A stretch of DNA of 59,956 nt from Escherichia phage vB_EcoS_ESCO3: the sequence record OM386652.1; one strand, 5' to 3'. Numbering within the stretch: the stretch's first letter is position 1; each line of letters opens with the position of its first letter. The position numbers were made by a program, and so were the translations under genes. Of the stretch, positions 35,249 to 45,166 are shown in pieces. The notes under the pieces are model-generated. The model did no database searches. It saw only the letters and a program-made list of their open reading frames with translations, and was not told the DNA's origin.

Positions 35249-36815
35249 GGTAGTATGGAAACCACATCCAGGATCTCAGGTACTGGCACTAAGTTGTCCA
35301 GCAGATGAGATTTTATATCATGGTACTCGCGGCCCTGGAAAGACCGATGCTCAGTTGATGCGTTTTCGTCGTTATGTTGGCATGGGGTATGGTAAACACT
35401 GGCGCGGTATCATTTTTGACCGAGAATACAAAAACTTAGATGACTTAGTTGCAAAGTCACAGCGTTGGTTTCCTGAATTTAATGATGGTTGTAAATTCTT
35501 ATCTTCCAAGTCAGATTATAAATGGGTATGGCCTAGCGGCGAAGAACTAATGTTCCGTGTTGCTAAAAAGCCTAAGGATTACTGGCTGTACCACGGTCAG
35601 GAATTTCCATTTATTGGGTGGAACGAATTAACTAAATATCCTGATAGTGGACTTTATGAAGCAATGAAGTCCTGTAACCGTACATCCTTTGTTGCAGAAG
35701 AAAACCCGATAATTATTGACGGTGACGTGTATCAGAGAACTGGACGTCTTGTTCTTGTTCAGCCAGATCACGAATACGCAATGCAGTTCATATTGCCACC
35801 TTTACCGTTGCAGATCTTTTCTACGACTAACCCATTTGGGGTTGGACATAACTGGGTCAAGAAATATTTTATTAACTCTTGCCCTCTTGGGTCTATGAAG
35901 AAGGAAGTAACAAACGTCTTCAACCCTCGTACACAGAAACGGGAAGACGTAGTTCGAACTCGCTGCCATATATTTGGTTCGTATCGGGAGAACCGCAACT
36001 TGACACCCGAGTATGTTGCGCAGCTTGTAAACATTGACGATCCTAACCTCCGTATGGCATGGCTCGGTGGTAGCTGGGATATTACGTCAGGTGGAATGTT
36101 TGACGACCTGTGGCGCCAGAATATACATGTGGTCAAACCATTTCCAATACCTCACTCCTGGAGAATTGATAGATCGTTTGACTGGGGCTCAAGTAAACCG
36201 TTTTCTGTTGGTTGGTGGGCAAGAAGTGATGGTAGCGATATCGTGTATCCAAATGGGCGTCGTGTACGAACAGTACGAGGTGACTTATTTAGGATCATGG
36301 AGTGGTATGGTACTAACGGAAAACCGAACGAAGGTTTAAGATTATTGGATTCTGAAATTGCTCGTGGTATCATCGTCAGGGAAATTGAAGCTGGTTTATA
36401 CGGTCGCGTAGTTCCAGGCCCTGCTGATAACAGCATTTGGGACGTTAAGGACGGTAACAGTACCGCAGCAACAATGTCTAAACCAATAACTATCAATGGT
36501 CGGTCTTATCCCGGTGTACAGTGGATTCGAAGTGATAAATCCCCTGGATCTCGTAAAGCAGGTTGGAAACGAATGCGGGAATATTTAGCTGCTTCAATTC
36601 CGGATCCTAAGGTTGCCGCTTTACGTGAAAGACCTTCTATGTTTATTTTTGACAACTGTCATCACTTTATAGATCTTGTTCCAACTCTTGCCAGAGACGA
36701 AGATGATCTTGATGATGTCGATACTGATTCTGAAGACCACATTGCTGACGAAGCACGTTATCGCGTAGCCAACGAAGCACGTGGCGGTAGTATCGGTAAG
36801 ACTGTGGGGACATAA
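35217..36815 (+). CDS. terminase large subunit
   Basis: 532 aa. N-terminal ATPase Walker A YHGTRGPGKTD, C-terminal nuclease-like acidic residues; canonical position before the portal gene. Confidence 0.8.
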   Translation: MDSMIQTPSTKVVWKPHPGSQVLALSCPADEILYHGTRGPGKTDAQLMRFRRYVGMGYGKHWRGIIFDREYKNLDDLVAKSQRWFPEFNDGCKFLSSKSDYKWVWPSGEELMFRVAKKPKDYWLYHGQEFPFIGWNELTKYPDSGLYEAMKSCNRTSFVAEENPIIIDGDVYQRTGRLVLVQPDHEYAMQFILPPLPLQIFSTTNPFGVGHNWVKKYFINSCPLGSMKKEVTNVFNPRTQKREDVVRTRCHIFGSYRENRNLTPEYVAQLVNIDDPNLRMAWLGGSWDITSGGMFDDLWRQNIHVVKPFPIPHSWRIDRSFDWGSSKPFSVGWWARSDGSDIVYPNGRRVRTVRGDLFRIMEWYGTNGKPNEGLRLLDSEIARGIIVREIEAGLYGRVVPGPADNSIWDVKDGNSTAATMSKPITINGRSYPGVQWIRSDKSPGSRKAGWKRMREYLAASIPDPKVAALRERPSMFIFDNCHHFIDLVPTLARDEDDLDDVDTDSEDHIADEARYRVANEARGGSIGKTVGT

Positions 36816-36827
36816 GGAGTTCAACAG

Positions 36828-38354
36828 ATGGCCATTTCTTCGGTTCATCCTAAATATTTACAGTTTAGTGCATTATGGTTGAAGATGCGGGACTGTTTCC
36901 TTGGAGCTGACCACATTAAGGCTCAAGGTACTTTGTATCTTCCACCGACACCTGCTATGCGTTATGACGGTATGAAACCAGGTGAAGATGGCTATATCCG
37001 TTACAACGATTATAAAGAACGTGCAGTGTTCCCGGAGTATGTTGCCGATGCAGTAGTCAATCATGGTGGTATGCTCCATAGTAAGGCAGCTATCATCCAG
37101 TTGCCTGCTGCAATGGAACCCCTTCGTCAATCTGCTACCAGCAAGCGCGAAGGTTTAGATCAGCTACTACGCCGCATAAACGAGCTACAGCTACGCGATG
37201 GTCGTCTTGGCCTTCTGTTGGAGCTGCCAGCGGGAAGTACCCGTGACACGCTGCCGTACATTGCGGTATACGAGGCGTTAAGTATACGAAACTGGGACGA
37301 CGGTGAGGATGATCTTGGTTCACTTAACCTTAACCTAGTTGTTCTAGATGAGTCCAAAGAAGTAATGGACAAGACTTCATTTGATTGGACTTATAAAGTT
37401 CAATATCGAGTTCTTGTTCTTGGAAGCGCCAATGTAGACGAACCGACAGATAGCGGTTACGTGTATGGGCAGTACATGACAGAACTGCTTCCTGGTGAAG
37501 ATGACGAACCAGAAGAGGTGAGCTCTGACGTTGTAGTCCCTCAGTATAAAGGTACTCCGCTTGAGCAGATACCTTTCGTATTTTGTAACGCTATGGACTT
37601 AGTCCCAGAGCCAGATAAACCACCGCTACTTGCATTAGCAAACAGATGTATTTCCATTTATCAGGGTGAAGCTGATTATCGACAGGCTTTGTTTATGCAG
37701 AGCCAGGATACGCTGGTTGTTCGCGGTGGTATTACGAACAGTGACGCAATTGATGATAAAGCTCCTGTTCGTGTTGGTGCTGGTGCTCGTATTGATGTAT
37801 CTCCGGACGGTGACGCCAAATACATTGGTACTAATTCACAAGGTTTACCGGAGCAACGTAAAGCACTTGAAGCTGACCATAAAGACGCTCAGACCCGTTC
37901 CGGGCATTTAACCAGTGCAGAAAGTGCTTCTCAAGAATCTGGCGATGCGCTGGAAACACGTCTTATCACTAAGACTGCTTCATTAGTTGGTATTGCTAAG
38001 ACTGGTGCTGCTGCGTTAGAAAAAATCCTTCGTATTTGTGCTATATGGATGGGATTAAATCCAGACGAAGTTAAAGTTACACCTAACCTTGACTTCAGCA
38101 AAGCTAATATTGAAGGCCAGGAATTGGTGCAGGTGCAGACTGCCAAGAATCTTGGTGCTCCGTTATGTTCTGAGTCTATGCACAACTGGTTGCAGGATAA
38201 GGGAATGACCTCTTTGACGTTTGAAGAGGAGATGAAACGGCTTGAGAAAGAGCGCGAAGAATACCCGTTCCTTTTACCTCAAGTTAAAAACGATCAGAAC
38301 CAAATCCAGCAAACAACTGGAGAACAGACGGGGAATGAAAATGCCGCTAAGTAA
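36828..38354 (+). CDS. portal protein
   Basis: 508 aa, immediately downstream of the large terminase; size and acidic composition typical of portal proteins. Confidence 0.6.
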   Translation: MAISSVHPKYLQFSALWLKMRDCFLGADHIKAQGTLYLPPTPAMRYDGMKPGEDGYIRYNDYKERAVFPEYVADAVVNHGGMLHSKAAIIQLPAAMEPLRQSATSKREGLDQLLRRINELQLRDGRLGLLLELPAGSTRDTLPYIAVYEALSIRNWDDGEDDLGSLNLNLVVLDESKEVMDKTSFDWTYKVQYRVLVLGSANVDEPTDSGYVYGQYMTELLPGEDDEPEEVSSDVVVPQYKGTPLEQIPFVFCNAMDLVPEPDKPPLLALANRCISIYQGEADYRQALFMQSQDTLVVRGGITNSDAIDDKAPVRVGAGARIDVSPDGDAKYIGTNSQGLPEQRKALEADHKDAQTRSGHLTSAESASQESGDALETRLITKTASLVGIAKTGAAALEKILRICAIWMGLNPDEVKVTPNLDFSKANIEGQELVQVQTAKNLGAPLCSESMHNWLQDKGMTSLTFEEEMKRLEKEREEYPFLLPQVKNDQNQIQQTTGEQTGNENAAK

Positions 38355-38427
38355 AGGCGTGCAACGTAAAGTAAAAGCCAAGAGTAAAAAATAGTTGCTT
38401 CATTCTTAATGATGTATTAGTCTTTAT

Positions 38428-38457
38428 AGCGCGGTAGAACGGTCTATCGCGCTTTTT
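38428..38457 (+). terminator. rho-independent terminator (partial/attenuating)
   Basis: Stem AGCGCG / CGCGCT with a 14-nt loop, followed by TTTTT, between the portal and scaffold genes. Confidence 0.5.
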
Positions 38458-38485
38458 AGTGGAACGGTCCACAATGGAGAATTTT

Positions 38486-39364
38486 ATGAACAAATATCAC
38501 ATTCATCTAGCGGTAGCTTATTCCGCTGGCTTCTTCCAATCCATGCCTCGTTTCGGTGCATTGGAACTTGAATATAATTCTGAAGATGAAATTCCGGAAA
38601 ACGCGCGTGAGTATTATTCCCAAGAAGGTGATAAGTGGATCCTCACTGGTGTAAAGGGTGGTGGCAAACAGAATATCGACAGGTTGCAATCTGCACTTGA
38701 AAAAGAACGCAACGATCATAAAGCGGTCAAGAGTAAGCTAAGCAAGCTGAACGGACGTGATATTGAAGAGCTCTTACAGCGCGACGCTGAATATGAAGAG
38801 CTTAAACTGCGTGCGGATAAAGTTGATGATGAAAAGTTGGAGCAAATCATTAACGTACGAATCCGTAACAAGTTAACTCCGCTTGAGCGTGAACGTGACG
38901 AGCTGAAAAACAAACTCTCTACATATGAGAAGCAAGTAGAAGAGTTGACCACAAAAGAGAAGAACCGCATCGTTAAGACCGCTCTGAGCAAGGCTGCAAT
39001 GTCTGCTAAAGTGATCACGGAAGCTATTGACGACGTGGAACTGATTGGTTCTCGTTTGTTTGAGCTCACCGAAGACGGTCAGGTTGTGACACGCGACGGT
39101 GTGGGTGTAACTCCTGGCATTACTCCAGAAATGTGGTTACAGGACATTCAGGATAAGAAACCTCACTGGTTCCCTGGAAACGTTGGCGGTGGTGCTGGTG
39201 GCTCACGTACTCCTGGCGCTGCTGGTAAGAACCCGTGGAGTGCCGACGGTTGGAACCTTACTGAGCAGGGTAAAATTCTTCGTGAAAATCCTGAAAAAGC
39301 AGGCCGTCTGGCAGCCATGGCCGGCGTGGACTTGAAGCGTCCAGTACGTCCAGTTAAAAAATAA
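38486..39364 (+). CDS. scaffolding protein (putative)
   Basis: Start placed at the ATG at 38486 (GGAG ribosome-binding site, 6-nt spacer); the track ORF begins at GTG 38459 inside the terminator. Long charged coiled-coil region; between portal and capsid genes. Confidence 0.45.
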   Translation: MNKYHIHLAVAYSAGFFQSMPRFGALELEYNSEDEIPENAREYYSQEGDKWILTGVKGGGKQNIDRLQSALEKERNDHKAVKSKLSKLNGRDIEELLQRDAEYEELKLRADKVDDEKLEQIINVRIRNKLTPLERERDELKNKLSTYEKQVEELTTKEKNRIVKTALSKAAMSAKVITEAIDDVELIGSRLFELTEDGQVVTRDGVGVTPGITPEMWLQDIQDKKPHWFPGNVGGGAGGSRTPGAAGKNPWSADGWNLTEQGKILRENPEKAGRLAAMAGVDLKRPVRPVKK

Positions 39365-39502
39365 TAAAATTTGTTGACACTCCCTCCGGTTGGTGTTAGT
39401 TTTACATCAACCGGAGCACGGGCTCCGATCAATCAAGGATTATTGGAGCCTCCCACGGCGGTAGAGTTCCAAAGTAAATCGATTAACTTTGCGGAGACTA
39501 CC

Positions 39503-40606
39503 ATGTCTAAAATTCTGTCAGCTCCGATGCTTAATTTGCGAGCTACCAATTCAATTCTTCTGTCTGCTGTTCGTCGTGGTGCGATCACTGAACTTGCAGA
39601 TGTTATCGTTCCAGAGATCTTCGTACCGTATGTGCAGAACCGCACAACTGAAAAGTCCCGACTGATTCAGTCTGGTGCTATTGAGATTTCTGAGCGTCTT
39701 AACGCTGCATTGATGGGTGAAGGTACTACCTTTAACCAGCGTTTCTTCAAAGACCTGGATCGTGACGAAGAAAACGTTTCAAGCGCAAGCGATTCAACCG
39801 ATTCTACTCCTGGTGGTATCAAATCTGGGCGTGAAATTCAGATCCGTCTGTCCCGTAACCATTCATGGGGTTCTGCGGACCTGCTGGACAGCTTGATCTC
39901 CCCTGACCCGCTGGATGCTATCATTAACTTAGTGGCAAGCTACCGTCAGAGCCGTCTGCAACGTGCATTCGTTGCAACTGTCGGCGGTGTGTTTGCTATG
40001 AATGCCGCTGCTCCAACTGGTTCCGGTGATAAAAAGTCTACTCACGTTCAGAACGATATGACTCACGACATTTCTGGTTCATCTTTCGTTGATGGTGTGA
40101 CTAACTTCAACCCGGCAGGTGTTATCCTGGCTGCTGGTACTATGGGCGACTCCCTGAACGACCTGTCCATGATGATGGTACACAGTGTGGTTTACCAGCG
40201 TATGCAGCTCATGAACCTGATCGACTTTATCCCGGATGCTCGTGCTGAAGTAATGATCCCGACTTACATGGGCCGTGAAGTTATCGTTGATGATATGATG
40301 CCTCACGATAGCGGTAAGTACGAAACCTGGCTGGTCGGTCGTGGTGCATTCCAGTTAGGTGTTGGTTCACCGAAAGTTCCTGTTGAAACTGAACGTAAAC
40401 CTGCGTCCTACAAAGGTGGCGGTTCTGAAATCCTGTTCCACCGCTGGGAAAATATCATTCACCCTGTCGGTCACGCATGGGTTGGTACTGCTGCTGAAGG
40501 TGGCCCGGATAACGCCGCTCTGAAGACTGCTACTAACTGGGCTCGTGTATTCCCTGAGCGTAAACAGATTAAGATTGCTCGCCTGATCACTCGCGAACAC
40601 GCTTAA
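39503..40606 (+). CDS. major capsid protein
   Basis: Start placed at the ATG at 39503 with a GGAG ribosome-binding site (MSKILSAPML...); the track ORF begins at 39371. Position after the scaffold, about 368 aa, followed by a terminator. Confidence 0.55.
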   Translation: MSKILSAPMLNLRATNSILLSAVRRGAITELADVIVPEIFVPYVQNRTTEKSRLIQSGAIEISERLNAALMGEGTTFNQRFFKDLDRDEENVSSASDSTDSTPGGIKSGREIQIRLSRNHSWGSADLLDSLISPDPLDAIINLVASYRQSRLQRAFVATVGGVFAMNAAAPTGSGDKKSTHVQNDMTHDISGSSFVDGVTNFNPAGVILAAGTMGDSLNDLSMMMVHSVVYQRMQLMNLIDFIPDARAEVMIPTYMGREVIVDDMMPHDSGKYETWLVGRGAFQLGVGSPKVPVETERKPASYKGGGSEILFHRWENIIHPVGHAWVGTAAEGGPDNAALKTATNWARVFPERKQIKIARLITREHA

Positions 40607-40624
40607 TGCTTTAGCCATGTAATT

Positions 40625-40650
40625 AAAGGGGCCTATATGGTCCCTTTTTT
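40625..40650 (+). terminator. rho-independent terminator
   Basis: Stem AGGGGCC / GGTCCCT (one G-U pair) with loop TATAT, followed by a T6 run; directly after the capsid gene stop. Confidence 0.6.
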
Positions 40651-40663
40651 GTTAGGAGGAAAC

Positions 40664-41098
40664 ATGCGTTATCAACGTCATTCAAGACATCGTCGTTATG
40701 TACGTCATGAACGTCACGGTTCAGACGCAACACCTAAAGCGAAGATTAAGACTGTAGGTAAAGTTCAGTATTCAGCTGATGGTGAAAGTGGTTGGCAAGA
40801 TACAATCCCTGAAGGTCTTATGAAAGTAAGTACACCACTGACTTTCTACATTCGTGCTAAAGAAGTAGATCCAAAGGATGATGGTTCTTATATCTACAAG
40901 TTCAAAATTGCTGATGGAACTGGTGATGCGTTGTCCCTTCAAAATACGGCCGTCAACAAAGCAAAAATCTCTGGTACGGCTCCAGAAGGTATGCTGAGTA
41001 AAACGTTCAGTGTGAACTGTACTGTTGAAGACAGTTATGGGACAGAAGTTACGGGAACTGCATTAACGCAAGCCTGGTCTGCAGCTTCCGTAGTATAA
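40664..41098 (+). CDS. putative head decoration / Ig-like structural protein with Arg/His-rich N-terminus
   Basis: Start placed at the ATG at 40664 after an AGGAGG ribosome-binding site. N-terminus MRYQRHSRHRRYVRHERHG, then a beta-rich Ig-like region. Flanked by terminators on both sides. Confidence 0.4.
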   Translation: MRYQRHSRHRRYVRHERHGSDATPKAKIKTVGKVQYSADGESGWQDTIPEGLMKVSTPLTFYIRAKEVDPKDDGSYIYKFKIADGTGDALSLQNTAVNKAKISGTAPEGMLSKTFSVNCTVEDSYGTEVTGTALTQAWSAASVV

Positions 41099-41124
41099 AC
41101 GTTAAATTGCTAGATGTTTTAAAG

Positions 41125-41158
41125 GGTGTTACACTTCGCTTGTAACACCTTTTATTTT
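41125..41158 (+). terminator. rho-independent terminator
   Basis: 9-bp stem GGTGTTACA / TGTAACACC with a 7-nt loop, followed by TTTTATTTT. Confidence 0.7.
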
Positions 41159-41167
41159 GAGGAATGA

Positions 41168-41839
41168 ATGATGAAAGACAAGATCATTGAAGGGCTTCGT
41201 AAACTCAACGTTGAGAATGACAATCATTGGACTGCCGATGGCCTGCCTAAAATTGAAGCACTAAAGTTTACAGTCGGCCCGTCTGTCACGCGAGAAGATG
41301 TCAATTCTGTTGCGCCTGGGTTCACTCGTTCAAATCCTGTAATTGAGGACGTCGAACATGAAGAAAAGCATGACACTTCCTCCATGCAGGAAACCGAACA
41401 GACGGAAGTTGTTGCAGATACCGACAATGCACAATATGAATCCTTATCTAAGGCTGAAGCAGACAAGGAAACTGTTAACGGTAAATCAATTGTCACTACG
41501 CGAATAGCTTTAGACATTAACGTCAGCGACGCAGTTAAGGCAATGCTGGAAGATATTCCGGTTATTGACTTTGAAACTGTTTCTGTTGAAGAACTGAAAC
41601 AACACGAGAAAGCTCTTTTAGAACAAGTTAATGCAGACAACCAAATGTTATCCGCAATGAACGAACTTGTTGAAGCTCGTGCTAAACTGTACGCAAAAGT
41701 CAACACTGAAATTGAACGTCGTAAGCCTAAGACCGAGCTGGCTCACACGTTAGCATCTTTCCGCGATCAGATGGCGCAAGTCCCACATGTGGTCAATCAA
41801 CCTCGTATGGTTGTTCGTAATGGTATTCGCACTCGCTAA
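41168..41839 (+). CDS. hypothetical structural-module protein
   Basis: 223-aa acidic ORF with a coiled-coil C-terminus. Confidence 0.45.
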   Translation: MMKDKIIEGLRKLNVENDNHWTADGLPKIEALKFTVGPSVTREDVNSVAPGFTRSNPVIEDVEHEEKHDTSSMQETEQTEVVADTDNAQYESLSKAEADKETVNGKSIVTTRIALDINVSDAVKAMLEDIPVIDFETVSVEELKQHEKALLEQVNADNQMLSAMNELVEARAKLYAKVNTEIERRKPKTELAHTLASFRDQMAQVPHVVNQPRMVVRNGIRTR

Positions 41840-41847
41840 GGTGACAT

Positions 41848-42177
41848 ATGGCATTTCGAACAGACAAAAAGTTCTTGTTTCATATGCTGCAACGTAACAG
41901 ACGTCGTCGAGATGCCACGTTGAATCCTGTAAGCGGTGTCCTGGGGTGGGTAACACCGCCCCCATCGACAGGTGTCGTAGATGCTGATTACGTTATGACG
42001 TGGCAAAATGGCCAAACGCCTTACGTTGTACAGGTCTTTAAAGATAAAGAATTGGTTTCACAGAATCAGTTTGATTTGCAGACCTTCACAATTAACAAAT
42101 CATCTGCTGCAAGATATGATATTAAAATTATAAGCGCAGACGGTCAAATTCTTAATGCTACAATAGATATTGCCTGA
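41848..42177 (+). CDS. hypothetical protein
   Basis: 109-aa ORF. Confidence 0.4.
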   Translation: MAFRTDKKFLFHMLQRNRRRRDATLNPVSGVLGWVTPPPSTGVVDADYVMTWQNGQTPYVVQVFKDKELVSQNQFDLQTFTINKSSAARYDIKIISADGQILNATIDIA

Positions 42178-42688
42178 GGTGCATATGACTGTAACTATCA
42201 TTGTTGAAGATGGGTCTTGTGTACCTAATGCAAATAGCTATATTGATGTCGAATATGCTACGCAGTATTTAGAAGACCGTGGGGTTACTGTCCCGGCGGA
42301 AGATAAGCTGAAACCTATGCTTATCAATGCGATGGATTTTATGGAGAGTCTTAACCGCTATAAGGGTAAGCGCACCAACCAAGATCAGGAGCTACAGTTC
42401 CCGCGCAGCGGCTTATACAGCGACGGTGTAGAGATTCCAGGTAACACCATACCTGTAGCAATTAAGCGAGCACAGGCCCAACTGGTCGCGGATACGGTGC
42501 AGAGCGGTAAGCCGTTATTAAGTAACAGTACCAGTTATGCACTGAAAAAGCGTGTTCTTGGACCGCTGACGCTTGAATATGCAGTCGGTCAGAGTGCTGT
42601 ATTAGAAAGTGCAACACCACACCCGCGTTTCTGGGCTTTGATTAATGACTACCTGCGAAGCTCTAGCTCACAAGGAGTAATGAGATGA
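42170..42688 (+). CDS. putative head-tail connector/adaptor protein
   Basis: 172 aa; assigned by position and overlapping-gene organisation between capsid and tail genes. Confidence 0.4.
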   Translation: MPEVHMTVTIIVEDGSCVPNANSYIDVEYATQYLEDRGVTVPAEDKLKPMLINAMDFMESLNRYKGKRTNQDQELQFPRSGLYSDGVEIPGNTIPVAIKRAQAQLVADTVQSGKPLLSNSTSYALKKRVLGPLTLEYAVGQSAVLESATPHPRFWALINDYLRSSSSQGVMR

Positions 42689-43059
42689 CAATTGCTTCAG
42701 AATTTATTGCAATGGTACATGAGATGCTGAACGACCAAGAAATTGGTTTTGATGGAACACTCATTGTTAAAGTAAAAGAAGATGGAAGTGAATCAAAGCC
42801 TTGGGCTCCGACTTTTAAAGAACAAGAAATACCACTGCGTTTGTTCTATGACGAGCAGTCAAAGACTAACGTAAACGGTAGTATAGTTCTTCAAGGTGAA
42901 AAGGTCTTTATCGCTTACGAACCGGACGGTATTAGTCTGGAAGATTGCATTGGTTTTAAATTTATTGACCACAAAGGGCGCTCGTTCGTTGTTAATGCAG
43001 TTGAGCCTATCGGTGCGGGTGGAACTACAATCATTAGTTACGTTAAAGTTGGTTCCTAA
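42685..43059 (+). CDS. putative head-tail joining protein
   Basis: 124 aa; assigned by position. Confidence 0.4.
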   Translation: MTIASEFIAMVHEMLNDQEIGFDGTLIVKVKEDGSESKPWAPTFKEQEIPLRLFYDEQSKTNVNGSIVLQGEKVFIAYEPDGISLEDCIGFKFIDHKGRSFVVNAVEPIGAGGTTIISYVKVGS

Positions 43060-43478
43060 TGGCTAAGAAGAGCTTCCGTGATCAGTTTACCAGTGCTCAA
43101 TTAAGAGCTATGCAAAAAGCCGCAGGTGAGGTAAAACAAAGACTTTATGGCTTCGTTAGTGCTGTTGTTGATGACACTCCTGTTAAGGACGGTGGATTAC
43201 GCGGAAGTTGGCAGATACAGAAATCACCCAACCTTATTGAGGACAATCTGCCGGAAGACCCGTCCGGAGCTGCTACGAAACAAAGATTGTTTACTAAAAT
43301 AAGATATCTCCCAATCCATCAAGATTGGGATATTTATTTTGGTAACGGTAAGCCTTATGCTCAGAAGATTGAATATGAAGGTTACAGTAAGCAAGCGCCT
43401 AATGGGATGCTGCGTAAGAACATCGCAAGAGGTGGACAGGCATTCAGTGGATTTAAACTTGGGAGCTTTGATAAATGA
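43059..43478 (+). CDS. putative tail completion/neck protein
   Basis: 139 aa; assigned by position. Confidence 0.4.
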   Translation: MAKKSFRDQFTSAQLRAMQKAAGEVKQRLYGFVSAVVDDTPVKDGGLRGSWQIQKSPNLIEDNLPEDPSGAATKQRLFTKIRYLPIHQDWDIYFGNGKPYAQKIEYEGYSKQAPNGMLRKNIARGGQAFSGFKLGSFDK

Positions 43479-43942
43479 TCCCGTATCCGTTTCAATGGGT
43501 CGAAGATACCCTGAAATCACATTTAGTGAATAACTATGCTGAAATGTCACACGCTATGGCGTGGAAGAACTTGACATTTGATGCCAGCGGCTTTAAAGTG
43601 TGGTTAAAGATCATCAATACCCCATCCAGTGAAGACCCTGTAACGTTGGGGCCTTATGGCGACAATGAAATGCGTGGGTTCTTACAGATTGGTGTATATT
43701 CACAGTTGAATACTGGTATTGAAGAATCTAACGCTGTTCTTGGACATGTGAGTAAAATCTTTAGTGTACCAAGACAGCTCCAGGCACCGGACGGCTGCAT
43801 GTTAAGACTGACAAGAAAGACGTTTTCCCAGGGCGGGCAGACGTCAATTGCAGACTTCACTCGCGGTGGTGTTGAGGGTGTTTGGGATGCTCAATATGTA
43901 ACAATCTACTGGCTCGCACGTGAGCCTAAACAGAGGATATAA
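43475..43942 (+). CDS. putative tail terminator protein
   Basis: 155 aa; immediately upstream of the major tail protein gene. Confidence 0.4.
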   Translation: MIPYPFQWVEDTLKSHLVNNYAEMSHAMAWKNLTFDASGFKVWLKIINTPSSEDPVTLGPYGDNEMRGFLQIGVYSQLNTGIEESNAVLGHVSKIFSVPRQLQAPDGCMLRLTRKTFSQGGQTSIADFTRGGVEGVWDAQYVTIYWLAREPKQRI

Positions 43943-43944
43943 CG

Positions 43945-45126
43945 ATGGCTGAAGGTTCACGTTATAGTAGCTATTACATCAAAGAACAAACCTCCGGTGT
44001 CACTCCGTCTAGCGGAACTCTGAAGGTCTTTCGTGCTACTAAATCGGGTCTGGATATTAAAATCGCTACTCTGCAATCTGAAGAAATTCGAGATGATGCA
44101 GAAGTGGCGGATTTCCGTCTTGGTGCTCGTCACGTAGAAGGTACAGCAACGGGTGAATTGTCTTATGAGACATTTGACGACCTGTTGGGTGGTGCATTAC
44201 GTGGTACGTTTGCGGGAGAAGCGTTGACCGCAAGTATCGAGCGCCAATCTTTTACCTTTATTGACTATAACGCAGATATTCCAGACTTCCCGTATACCAT
44301 CTATCGTGGTTGTGAAGTTAACAGTCTTGCAATTACTGTAAGTGCTGAAGCTATCACCAGCGTGGAATTCGGTATCGTTGGTCGTACAATGGAACAGGCT
44401 GCTACCCTGCCGTCTGGTCTAAGTAAAGGTACTCGTACGACTACGTCACCCATGGATGGCTTCTCTGGTAAGTTAACTATGGGCGATGTGTCTGTTGATG
44501 TTATCACTGAGATGGCTATTAACATTGAGAACGGCATCGAGCCTCGCTTCGTTGTTGGTTCCAAGTTCTCTATTAAGCCAAGCTCTAAACGTCGTCAGAT
44601 CAGTGGTACACTGACCGCCTACTACGAAGATAACAAACTGCGTAGTAAGTTCCTGAACGAACAGGAAAGTGACCTGACTATCGATATCCTGGACGGAACT
44701 ACTGGTGCTGGTTATCGTTTCAGTATGCCTCGTATCAAGATTACGGAAGCTCCGCGTCCGATCGATGGTGAAGGCGATATCATGCTGAACATGAGTTATA
44801 CTGGTCTGTTGGATCAGGAAGAAGGTTACAGCATTCGTATTACCAAACTTCCTCCGATGTCTTTCACTACGGATCTTATCGCCAATAAGACAATCACTAA
44901 AGGCCAGGCGCTAACACTTTCAGTTGTGGTTAAAGGTGGTGCAGAACCTTATACCTACGTGTGGAAGAAAGGTGGTGTCGTTATTGGAGGTGCTAATCAG
45001 GCGACATACACTAAGTCTAACGCACAAGAAGCGGATGCTGGTCAGTACGTGTGTGAAGTAACAGATTCACATGGTCGTACTATACCGAGCACACCTTGTC
45101 TTGTTGCTGTTAATCCTGGTGAGTAA
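43945..45126 (+). CDS. major tail protein with C-terminal Ig-like domain
   Basis: 393 aa. C-terminal Ig-like segment (ALTLSVVVKGGAEPYTYVWKKGG...AGQYVCEVTD); followed by a terminator and then chaperone and tape-measure genes. Confidence 0.6.
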   Translation: MAEGSRYSSYYIKEQTSGVTPSSGTLKVFRATKSGLDIKIATLQSEEIRDDAEVADFRLGARHVEGTATGELSYETFDDLLGGALRGTFAGEALTASIERQSFTFIDYNADIPDFPYTIYRGCEVNSLAITVSAEAITSVEFGIVGRTMEQAATLPSGLSKGTRTTTSPMDGFSGKLTMGDVSVDVITEMAINIENGIEPRFVVGSKFSIKPSSKRRQISGTLTAYYEDNKLRSKFLNEQESDLTIDILDGTTGAGYRFSMPRIKITEAPRPIDGEGDIMLNMSYTGLLDQEEGYSIRITKLPPMSFTTDLIANKTITKGQALTLSVVVKGGAEPYTYVWKKGGVVIGGANQATYTKSNAQEADAGQYVCEVTDSHGRTIPSTPCLVAVNPGE

Positions 45127-45130
45127 TTGG

Positions 45131-45156
45131 AACGGGGTGCAAACCCCGTTTTATTA
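45131..45156 (+). terminator. rho-independent terminator
   Basis: 7-bp stem AACGGGG / CCCCGTT with loop TGCAAA, followed by TTTTATT. Confidence 0.7.
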
Positions 45157-45166
45157 AGGAACGATT

